Assembly (NCBI GenBank): GCA_045542475.1
Contig: JAZQLB010000156.1
Span: 1 to 32,947, forward strand
Direction of reading: 5' to 3'
DNA length: 32,947 bases
From: Lachnospiraceae bacterium
GTDB lineage: Bacteria > Bacillota > Clostridia > Lachnospirales > Lachnospiraceae
In this document: piece after piece, positions 17,573 to 24,878 of the stretch
Layout: every line of letters starts with the position of its first letter
Position numbering within the stretch: position 1 is the first letter of the stretch
Position numbers and translations under genes: made by a program
Notes under the pieces: model-generated
Seen by the model: the letters and a program-made list of their open reading frames with translations, nothing else
Database searches by the model: none
Told to the model about the DNA's origin: nothing

Positions 17573-17992
17573 TTATAACGCCGCCTTAATCTTCTCAATC
17601 ATCTCAGTATATTCTTCCTCACTAAGATACTTCTTATCCGGGTTCATAAGGAACACGCCACCCCACTCAAACTCATCCCTATACTTAGGTACAAGGTGGA
17701 AATGAAGATGATGACCTGTATCACCATAAGCACCATAATTAACCTTCTGTGGATTAAATACCTTCTGTAATGCAGCAGACACCTTAGCCACATCCTCAAA
17801 ATAAGCCGCTCTCTCCTGTGCAGTAAGCTCTGTCATATCACCAACATGCTTCTTATGAGCCAGAATAACTCTGCCTGGATGACTCTGCTCCTTAAATAAA
17901 TATACCTTACAGGTATCAAGCTCACATATCTTAATACCAAACTTGGCTACTAATTCGCCTTCCATGCAGTATGCACAATTATTATCTACCAT
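17573..17992 (-). CDS. HIT (histidine triad) family nucleotide hydrolase/transferase
   Basis: 139 aa from the ATG at 17992 (MVDNNCAYCMEGE...), with histidine triad GHHLHFHLVP. GGGAGG RBS. The 83-codon upstream extension in the track reads through a hairpin repeat and is rejected. Confidence 0.85.
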   Translation of the reverse strand: MVDNNCAYCMEGELVAKFGIKICELDTCKVYLFKEQSHPGRVILAHKKHVGDMTELTAQERAAYFEDVAKVSAALQKVFNPQKVNYGAYGDTGHHLHFHLVPKYRDEFEWGGVFLMNPDKKYLSEEEYTEMIEKIKAAL

Positions 17993-18026
17993 GATATCCT
18001 CCCGAAAAATAATATATTTCCTAATT

Positions 18027-18055
18027 ATTCTAATACTTATTATGGAGTATTTCAA
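18027..18055 (-). promoter_or_regulatory. Sigma-A-type promoter for the HIT gene
   Basis: On the minus strand: TTGAAA (18050-18055), 17-nt spacer, TAGAAT (18027-18032). Confidence 0.55.
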
Positions 18056-18107
18056 CCTTGAAAAAATGCATTTTATGGACAAAGTAATATAGAGAGTGGC
18101 GACCCTC

Positions 18108-18241
18108 GTGGTTGTGGGGGAGTACTGCGGAGGACACGTTCTCACTAAGTTGTTGCACGTAGCAGTACATAGGGCTGCAAAATACGCAGCCCAAGTACTC
18201 ACGGCACCAAAAAGTCCTCCGCAGTACTCCCCCACAACCAC
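18108..18241. repeat. Long-hairpin element, copy A (28-bp perfect arms around a 78-nt conserved interior)
   Basis: 18108-18135 GTGGTTGTGGGGGAGTACTGCGGAGGAC is the exact reverse complement of 18214-18241. Inner helices are AGTAC/GTACT (18164-18168 / 18195-18199) and GGGCTGC/GCAGCCC (18172-18178 / 18186-18192). Confidence 0.9.
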
Positions 18242-18319
18242 TTAAGGCTGCCGCTCGCTATAATGCTTCGCATTAAATAGCATTGCTTTTAACGCTTAAC
18301 TACAGCCCCCCGGATAGTG

Positions 18320-18347
18320 TTACATTAAAAAAGTATCAATATACAAT
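18320..18347 (+). promoter_or_regulatory. Candidate orphan promoter pointing into hairpin C and copy B
   Basis: TTACAT (18320-18325), 16-nt spacer, TACAAT (18342-18347). No ORF lies downstream. Confidence 0.3.
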
Positions 18348-18378
18348 TTCCAGCAGTATTATATTTACGCCATAACAG

Positions 18379-18419
18379 GTTTCGTCAGTAAAAAACGAAT
18401 GTTTTTTACGCCACGAAAC
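18379..18419. repeat. Hairpin C, AT-rich, abutting copy B
   Basis: GTTTCGT-CA-GTAAAAAAC-GAAT-GTTTTTTAC-GCC-ACGAAAC, giving a 9-bp inner plus 7-bp outer stem. TTTACGCCA is repeated at 18364-18372 and 18405-18413. Confidence 0.7.
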
Positions 18420-18420
18420 A

Positions 18421-18574
18421 GAAATCCCCGGGACGGGGCATAGTGTATTATGGAGGACTTTTTGATGCCGTCGGTACTTAAGCGGCGTTTTTTGCCGCTT
18501 TATGTACCGCTACGTGCAGCAACTTAGCGAGAGCGTGTCCTCCATAATACACTATGCCCCGTCCCGGGGATTTC
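18421..18574. repeat. Long-hairpin element, copy B (38-bp perfect arms around a 78-nt conserved interior), inverted relative to copy A
   Basis: 18421-18458 GAAATCCCCGGGACGGGGCATAGTGTATTATGGAGGAC is the exact reverse complement of 18537-18574. The reverse complement of interior 18459-18536 aligns without gaps to 18136-18213 at 64/78 identity. Confidence 0.9.
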
Positions 18575-18584
18575 GTCCGTGCCG

Positions 18585-18619
18585 AAAAAAATAGAAGGCT
18601 TTTTATTACAAGCCCTCTA
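18585..18619 (-). terminator. Rho-independent terminator of the GH105-GH112 operon
   Basis: On the minus strand: TAGAGGGCTT / AAGCCTTCTA 10-bp stem (one G-U that would be A-C on the plus strand), 8-nt loop, then UUUUUUU. Confidence 0.8.
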
Positions 18620-18660
18620 TTTCATATATATAATACCTTCTCCGTATTATCGCATATTAA

Positions 18661-20814
18661 TTATAACTTAATGATTACTGTATCATAAGCCTCGATAGTC
18701 TCAGTCTTGGCACCCTTAGCAGTTGTAACAGTAGTAGTCTGTGTCTCACCGCTATTGTTAATGATTACAAGCATGTCGCTGGCTGGATAGTATGCACATT
18801 CCGTGTATGGGTTATCTGTGATGTAGTCACCCTTAAGCGCTTCATTACCTGCCATAAGAATGGTGTTAAATAACATTCTTGTATTCTCAAGGCATATGTC
18901 AAAGTGTGACATATAGATACCCTTACCCTTACCAAACTCATTTACTGTCATGGTTGGGGCTCCATTAGCATCTGCAAGAACCTTAGCATTGCCATCTGTA
19001 AGGTATAGACCGTCACGACCCTTAATGTAGCAGCCCTTTGGCATAAGACCTTCCACAGTCTCCACCTCGTACTGCCACTTACCATGGCATACTCTTGCAC
19101 CTGTATCCTCGTCAATACCAAGAACATGTGCCATTCTGAAATATGTATCATAGCCTTCTGTTGCTGATGGCTCGTTAACACCGATAAATGCGCCGCCGTT
19201 GTATACCCACTCTGTGAGCTTTTCTACAACCTCATCATCCTTCCAGTTGTCGCCACCGCTCCATGCACTGCCTGCATAGCCTGCATTAATCACTACATCA
19301 ACATCCTTTAATGCACCATTCTTAACATCCTCAAAGCTGATAAATGATACATCCACAGGAAGTCCTGACAAAGCTTCATTAATGTGAATAAGGTCGTGCA
19401 TATATGTCTCATGGAAATGTCCTGACAATGTCCATGAACGTAATTTACCCCAGCTGTGAAGTACTGCAACCTTAGTCTTAATAGATGTTGGTGCACCTGC
19501 CGCATGGAAATCCTTAACCAGTCTGAACTCATCTGCCACCTTCTCGATATAATCGCAGAAATCTGGGAATGGCTCTACAAGATGTAAATATCCGCCAAGT
19601 CCGATTCTGTCAACAGGCTGACGAAGAAGTGCTCTTCTTATGCTGTTCCAGAACTTCTTAGCTTCAAGTGTAGGGTCGCCGCCCTCCATAAAGGTTGGCG
19701 CTCCACCAAGTCCTACAGGGAACAGATATGGGTGAAGTCTAAGCTCATGAGTCGGAACATCCACACCTGAGCATAATCTTGCCTCATAGCCTGAGAATAC
19801 ACACTTAATAAGTCCGTCAAAGCCAAACTCTGAAAATCTTCCGTTGTATGGCTCAATACCTACCCAGCTGTCGTCATAGAATACATATGCCTTCTTGCCG
19901 TATTCATGAACCATATCGATAAGCTCTTTACCAAATCCGATTACGAAGTCATTAATGAACTCCATCCAGTCTGCCTTTTCCTTAGTGCCAGGCATATGGG
20001 TTACATGAAGCTGTCCCTTATTGATGAAATCCTCTGCTGTAAGGCTGTAGCCATACTTTTTAGCAAACTCATCAAGAGCAAGCGGACTTACTGTAAAGTC
20101 ATATGATGCCCAGTCAGAGAAGAGATGTCTGTTTCTTGTATCTCCGCCCCAAATCCATACGAAGTTATAGAACATAGATGTGAATCTTACAACAGTTGTT
20201 GCAGGATGTGTCTCGCACCAGTTCTTCATCCAAGAAAGCATATACTCTCTTGTCTCAGGATGACGTGGGTCAATCTGCATAAGATGCTCTTTTGTCCAGT
20301 TGTTGGTTGTGTGGTTGTACATGGAAATCTCTTCCCATATACGATAAGCCATAAAGCTTACTGTGTACTTATGCCATGGTGTAATTCCTTTTACAGTAAC
20401 CTTACCATCTGCATAACTCCACTTATCAGCAGGAACTAAGGTATTATTGGTTCTGTCGTATACCTGCCAATATTTAATAGAATCCTCTGTCTCGTTAATA
20501 GAGAACTGCTCTGCAAAGAAATCCTTCATTAACTCGATTGTGATTGTATCGCTGTCAGCCACAACAGGCTGTGTCATAAGGAAAGACTGCTGAAGCTTAT
20601 CCATATTCTTCTTAGCCCACTCGTTGTGGTCTCTGATTATACATATTGTTGAATATATTCCGTAGCCTGCGTTGATTATCTCGTCAGAAAGAACTGTACC
20701 ATCGCTGTCACGGATAACGTCTGCACCCCACTTTTTTGCCATCTCAAGAGTGAGTGCCTCATATCCTGATTCTCCCGGTAATGTAAAACTACCCTTTGTA
20801 TTAACCTCAGACAT
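18661..20814 (-). CDS. GH112 beta-galactoside phosphorylase (lacto-N-biose / galacto-N-biose / Gal-beta-1,4-Rha phosphorylase family)
   Basis: 717 aa, alignable by eye along its length to my recollection of the Bifidobacterium lacto-N-biose phosphorylase (e.g. FTLP, WGADVIRDSDGT, HNEW, FFAEQ, KYWQV, YTVSFMAY, MYNH, VVRFTSMFY, ISFEDV, GGAFIGVGEPS). GGGAGG RBS. Confidence 0.88.
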   Translation of the reverse strand: MSEVNTKGSFTLPGESGYEALTLEMAKKWGADVIRDSDGTVLSDEIINAGYGIYSTICIIRDHNEWAKKNMDKLQQSFLMTQPVVADSDTITIELMKDFFAEQFSINETEDSIKYWQVYDRTNNTLVPADKWSYADGKVTVKGITPWHKYTVSFMAYRIWEEISMYNHTTNNWTKEHLMQIDPRHPETREYMLSWMKNWCETHPATTVVRFTSMFYNFVWIWGGDTRNRHLFSDWASYDFTVSPLALDEFAKKYGYSLTAEDFINKGQLHVTHMPGTKEKADWMEFINDFVIGFGKELIDMVHEYGKKAYVFYDDSWVGIEPYNGRFSEFGFDGLIKCVFSGYEARLCSGVDVPTHELRLHPYLFPVGLGGAPTFMEGGDPTLEAKKFWNSIRRALLRQPVDRIGLGGYLHLVEPFPDFCDYIEKVADEFRLVKDFHAAGAPTSIKTKVAVLHSWGKLRSWTLSGHFHETYMHDLIHINEALSGLPVDVSFISFEDVKNGALKDVDVVINAGYAGSAWSGGDNWKDDEVVEKLTEWVYNGGAFIGVNEPSATEGYDTYFRMAHVLGIDEDTGARVCHGKWQYEVETVEGLMPKGCYIKGRDGLYLTDGNAKVLADANGAPTMTVNEFGKGKGIYMSHFDICLENTRMLFNTILMAGNEALKGDYITDNPYTECAYYPASDMLVIINNSGETQTTTVTTAKGAKTETIEAYDTVIIKL

Positions 20815-20846
20815 TTTTAATGCCTCCCAAACCTAATAATTATTTT

Positions 20847-21911
20847 TTATAATGCACCATCTTTTTCGATAGTGTCAGAAACAAGAAGTGATGAGAAGAA
20901 TGCAAGTGCAAGTCCCTGACCCCAGCCCTGAATCCACTCTCTTGGAATTCCTCTGTAGCCTTCCTTATCTCTCATAACCGCTGTTCCGCCTGAAACATTC
21001 ATAACCTTACCGCTTTCATTTACATTAGCAAGTAAGCCCTTAATAGCCTTATTAAGATACTTAGAATGAAGTGGATTACCTCTGTCGAGCATAGCTGCCG
21101 CAATACCTGCTGAAGCAGATACCTCTTCATAAGACTCCTCATCATCAAGCACTGTTCTCCATAATCCATTCTCTGTCTGGAGATTCTTAAGTGCTGCAAG
21201 CTGCTCATTTAATGAGCCTGCAATATCAATAAACTTAGGATATAAATATGCCTCCGGTAAAATACCGCCAACCTGTGACATAGTATATGCAGCCCATGCA
21301 TTAGCTCTGCCCCAGTAAATTCCTGACATATGGTCACCTGCGATATTATCATATCCATGATAGTAAATACCGGTTACAGGATCCTGTAAATATCTGATAT
21401 GCCAGTACCACTGATTAAGAGCATCCTCAATCATAGCCTCGTCCTTATTAATAACACCTACTCTAAGAAGCATAAACGCTGCCATAAATAATGTATCAGC
21501 CCATGCCTGCTCAGGGAAATCATTATTAGCAGATACAGTATGCTGTAATACATTGTCAGCAAATCTTAAAGCATCCTTACTGATATAATCAATCTTACTC
21601 TTTACTATATCCCAATATTTCTCCTCACCTGTTGCCTGATAAATACTGATAAGACAATGTCCCATAGCACATGCATTAACAGTCCATACCTTTGGAAGTC
21701 CTAAATCTATAAGCTCATCCACTCTTGCCTTAAGCATATCAAGATATTCCTTCTTGCCGGTTTTCTCATACGCACGGGCAACTCCGTAATATGCCACACC
21801 ACATGGCCAATCCCATGTAAGGTCCATGTCCATGGTTTTCTTAACAATCTTATCAATTACCTGTTCAATCTCCGCTCTGTCAAAATCAAGCTTTAACATA
21901 TTCTCCTCCAT
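20847..21911 (-). CDS. GH105/GH88-type unsaturated rhamnogalacturonyl (glucuronyl) hydrolase
   Basis: 354 aa, no signal peptide. YteR/YesR-like blocks: WDWPCGVAYYG, QHT...WADTLFMA, YYHGYD, YWGRANAWA, GTAV. The ATG at 21899 (M5) has better RBS spacing than 21911. Confidence 0.82.
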   Translation of the reverse strand: MEENMLKLDFDRAEIEQVIDKIVKKTMDMDLTWDWPCGVAYYGVARAYEKTGKKEYLDMLKARVDELIDLGLPKVWTVNACAMGHCLISIYQATGEEKYWDIVKSKIDYISKDALRFADNVLQHTVSANNDFPEQAWADTLFMAAFMLLRVGVINKDEAMIEDALNQWYWHIRYLQDPVTGIYYHGYDNIAGDHMSGIYWGRANAWAAYTMSQVGGILPEAYLYPKFIDIAGSLNEQLAALKNLQTENGLWRTVLDDEESYEEVSASAGIAAAMLDRGNPLHSKYLNKAIKGLLANVNESGKVMNVSGGTAVMRDKEGYRGIPREWIQGWGQGLALAFFSSLLVSDTIEKDGAL

Positions 21912-22004
21912 TCTCCTGCGCTTGCAGATGTATAAAATCTTTATTTATATACCATCTCGTCATTGCTGCATAAGCTGCAACAATCACGAAAGAGTACACT
22001 TTTC

Positions 22005-22038
22005 TTTAAAACAGCCCCCCAACCTACGCTGGGGGGCC
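22005..22038 (-). terminator. Intra-locus hairpin/terminator after the binding-protein gene
   Basis: GCCCCCCA / TGGGGGGC 8-bp GC-rich stem (22014-22021 / 22030-22037), followed on the minus strand by a short U-rich stretch. Probably a partial terminator or stabiliser. Confidence 0.55.
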
Positions 22039-22074
22039 GTAAAATTCAAGCTATATCAAATAGCTGATATTCAA

Positions 22075-23820
22075 TTAGTTGTATCTAGATGTGAGACCAT
22101 CCTTAAGAGCCTGTAATCTCTGCTCAGCGATCTCAGCATAACCTGCATCCATGTAATCCTTAGCGTACTGCTCATATAAAGCATCGAAATCTTCTGGAGC
22201 ACACTCTGTTAATTCAACACGGTATACCTTGTAATCCTCGATTAACTCACCCTGGTAGTCTGTAGAAGCCTTGATTTCAGTAGCGAACATACAGTCAACT
22301 GGAACCCAGCCCTTCTCCCAACATGCTAACTGTGCATAGTAGTTGTCAATAAGAGCCTGTGTGAAATCCTGTGGTAAACCAACAGGAGCTGAAGCTGTGA
22401 TAAGGTCTTCGATTGTACCAGCAACTCTAGCCTCGATAGCTACACAGTAGTAATCCTTGTTACAGTTGTAACCCTGTGTATGCTCTGAACCTTCGTACTT
22501 AATAGCCTCTGGAAGTCCGTTAGCAGCAACCTGATAGTGCTCGCCTTCGATACCCCACTGCATCTGGAATAAGTTCTCTTCCTGAACCATCCACTCCATG
22601 TACATCCAAGCAGCCTTAAGCTCATCCTCAGTAGCCTGTGATGAGAATCCGATCATCATACCGAATGGGTTGTTTGAACGAAATGCAGGAGCTAAGCCTG
22701 TATCTGGGTCAACTGTTGTAGCCTGTGGAACAACTGCAAGCTCTGCATCTGGATTCTGCTCATAGAATGACTTTAATACTGCCATCTCTGGAGCAAAGTA
22801 TCCTGACCATGAATATGTCTGACCAGCGATAAACTGTGCCTCTGCATCTGAACCCTGTGTAATATCCCACTCTGGATTTGTGAATCCTAAGTTGTAATCC
22901 TCGTTAGCAACCTTAAGTAATAACTTGTTTGGCTCCCATCCTAATGAAGGAATGTTGTAGTCACCATACATACACCACTCTTCCTCGTTCATTGGGTATG
23001 TTCTGTAGCCGTAGTTCTGGTCAGCACCTACACCAGTGATCATAGAACCACCAGCTGGGTACTCTGCAATACCAGCTTCTTTAATCTTTGTCATAGCATC
23101 AACATACTCTGCACGAGATGCTGGAACATGGTCATAACCAACTGCTCTTAACCAGTCCATACGTACCCATGTAGCGAAACCATAGTTTGTGTTAGAGAAT
23201 GGTCTCTCAGCAAGAGCGAAGTAGCAATGTCCATCCATCTCTGTGTATGTAAGAAGGTTTAAGTCAACCATCTTCTGATAGTATGTAGGAGCTACCTGAG
23301 CAAATGCGTTAAGATCATACTCAGCTAAGTAACCATCAGCTGCCCACTGAGCCTGCTTTGGATAGTCATACTCCATAAGGATTGTAGGAAGATCCTCTGC
23401 TGCTGCTAATAAAGCATATGATGTTAAAACGTCTGAACGTGTGATTGGAACGAAATCAACTGTGATGTTGTACTTGTCACCGAAGTTCTCCTGAATCCAA
23501 CCTTCCCAATAGTTGTCACCTGTACCGATAGCTGGAACACCTTCTGCTCCTCTGTCGTACACTGGAATACTAAGTGTTACGTTATTCTCGAAAGCTGTCC
23601 AGCCTTCAATTCCTGCAACAACATCACCTGATGGAGCTGCTGTTGTCTCAGTTGTGCTGCCACCCTGTGGAGCTGCTGTTGTCTCAGTTGTGCTGCCGCC
23701 TGCCTGTGGTGCAGTTGTTGTTGTCTCATTACCAGCTTCCTTGTTACAGCCAGCTAATGAACCCATTACCATAACACCAGCAAGTGCGATAGCAGCTAAC
23801 TTCTGAAGATTTTTCTTCAT
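22075..23820 (-). CDS. Large extracellular solute-binding lipoprotein of a CUT1-type carbohydrate ABC transporter (LplA/YtcQ-like)
   Basis: Signal peptide with lipobox LAGC, a Thr/Ala/Gly-rich tether, and a 581-aa size class typical of oligosaccharide binders. AAGGAGG RBS. Confidence 0.85.
   Translation of the reverse strand: MKKNLQKLAAIALAGVMVMGSLAGCNKEAGNETTTTAPQAGGSTTETTAAPQGGSTTETTAAPSGDVVAGIEGWTAFENNVTLSIPVYDRGAEGVPAIGTGDNYWEGWIQENFGDKYNITVDFVPITRSDVLTSYALLAAAEDLPTILMEYDYPKQAQWAADGYLAEYDLNAFAQVAPTYYQKMVDLNLLTYTEMDGHCYFALAERPFSNTNYGFATWVRMDWLRAVGYDHVPASRAEYVDAMTKIKEAGIAEYPAGGSMITGVGADQNYGYRTYPMNEEEWCMYGDYNIPSLGWEPNKLLLKVANEDYNLGFTNPEWDITQGSDAEAQFIAGQTYSWSGYFAPEMAVLKSFYEQNPDAELAVVPQATTVDPDTGLAPAFRSNNPFGMMIGFSSQATEDELKAAWMYMEWMVQEENLFQMQWGIEGEHYQVAANGLPEAIKYEGSEHTQGYNCNKDYYCVAIEARVAGTIEDLITASAPVGLPQDFTQALIDNYYAQLACWEKGWVPVDCMFATEIKASTDYQGELIEDYKVYRVELTECAPEDFDALYEQYAKDYMDAGYAEIAEQRLQALKDGLTSRYN
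23632..23703 (-). repeat. 36-nt tandem duplication in the lipoprotein tether (GGSTTETTAAPQ x2)
   Basis: TGGAGCTGCTGTTGTCTCAGTTGTGCTGCC occurs at 23632-23661 and again at 23668-23697. Confidence 0.9.
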
Positions 23821-23943
23821 AATTTTTCCTCCTTCTTTTAAAAGAAAATTATAGTTATATTCTTACCCTTCCGGGATAACTAACATTAATTATAAGACTT
23901 TTTTACTATTTTGTAAAGATTTATTACTACTTTTTATGAAAAT

Positions 23944-24867
23944 TTAGCCCTTAACAGCACCAATCATTGTACCCTTAACAAAATACTTCTGTACGAAAGG
24001 ATAGATACAAAGGATTGGAACAGTTGCGAACATAATAGCCGCAGCCTGTAAAACTTCCGGTGTACTTGTTACCGCAGCAGCCTCAGATAATGCAACTGTC
24101 TGTGACTCAGCAGCAGATGATACCATCTGATAGAGCTTATACTGAATCATCTTAAGTGAATCTGTTCTGATATAATACTTATTATCAGCATATGCATTCC
24201 AACGACCTACAGCATAGAACAATGCGATTGTAGCCATAATTGCCTTAGAAAGCGGAAGTACAACTCTCAATATAATCTGAAAGTTACTTGCACCATCAAG
24301 GAATGCTGCCTCCTCTAAGCTGTCCGGTATATTAGACTGGAAGTAGGTCTTCATAATAAGCATGTTATATGGTGAATAGATAAGTGGTAAAATAAGTACC
24401 CACATAGTATCAAGTAAATGTAAATCCTTCATTAACAGGTAAGCAGGAATAAGACCAGCACCAAAGTACATAGGGAACATTAACACAAAGGTAATCCATG
24501 TTCTTCCCTTAAGTCTTCTTCTTGACAATGGGTATGATGCACATATACATACCAGCATACCTAATGCTGTGAATATAGCGAGCACCACTACACTATATCC
24601 AAATGAACGAACCATGCCACCGTCTCTGAAAATAGATGCATAAGCATCAAAGTTAATATCTACCGGCAAGAAAAATACCTTCTTAGCCATAACTGCACTG
24701 TTACCAGAGATAGACTTCGCTGCCAGATGAATGAAAGGCATTACACAGGTACAGCATAAAAGTGCAATTATAATCATCATTACCGCATCACTGACACGGA
24801 ACTTATTAATGGCTCTGTTTCCATTAGGGGTATTTTCATCATCAAATTCTTTATTCTTCTTTGCCAT
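23944..24867 (-). CDS. Carbohydrate ABC transporter permease (LplC-like)
   Basis: 307 aa, 6 TM helices, EAA loop SLEEAAFLDGASNFQIILRVVLPLSK. AGGAGGTGG RBS. Confidence 0.9.
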   Translation of the reverse strand: MAKKNKEFDDENTPNGNRAINKFRVSDAVMMIIIALLCCTCVMPFIHLAAKSISGNSAVMAKKVFFLPVDINFDAYASIFRDGGMVRSFGYSVVVLAIFTALGMLVCICASYPLSRRRLKGRTWITFVLMFPMYFGAGLIPAYLLMKDLHLLDTMWVLILPLIYSPYNMLIMKTYFQSNIPDSLEEAAFLDGASNFQIILRVVLPLSKAIMATIALFYAVGRWNAYADNKYYIRTDSLKMIQYKLYQMVSSAAESQTVALSEAAAVTSTPEVLQAAAIMFATVPILCIYPFVQKYFVKGTMIGAVKG

Positions 24868-24878
24868 GATTCCACCTC

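Noticed and set aside
17993-18241. 83-codon N-terminal extension of the HIT ORF (track ORF 17573-18241, GTG start)
   Set aside because: The extension reads straight through hairpin copy A and the predicted HIT promoter. It has no RBS and starts inside a perfect palindrome arm. The ATG at 17992 has a GGGAGG RBS and gives a normal-length HIT protein.
18450-18527. Small ORF inside hairpin copy B (25 aa). A 20-aa version starts at 18465, where the conserved GGAGGAC could act as an SD.
   Set aside because: The equivalent frame in copy A terminates after two sense codons (GTG CCG TGA). The substitutions between the copies follow base-pairing rather than codon logic, so the conserved unit is not a peptide gene.
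18108-18574. Interpreting the two big palindromes as ordinary rho-independent terminators or as integron attC sites
   Set aside because: They have no U-tract after the stems. The stems are far longer than terminators, and a separate canonical terminator for the upstream operon sits at 18585-18619. attC sites conserve the outer R/L boxes (GTTRRRY) and vary in the middle, which is the opposite of what is seen here, and no integrase is present.
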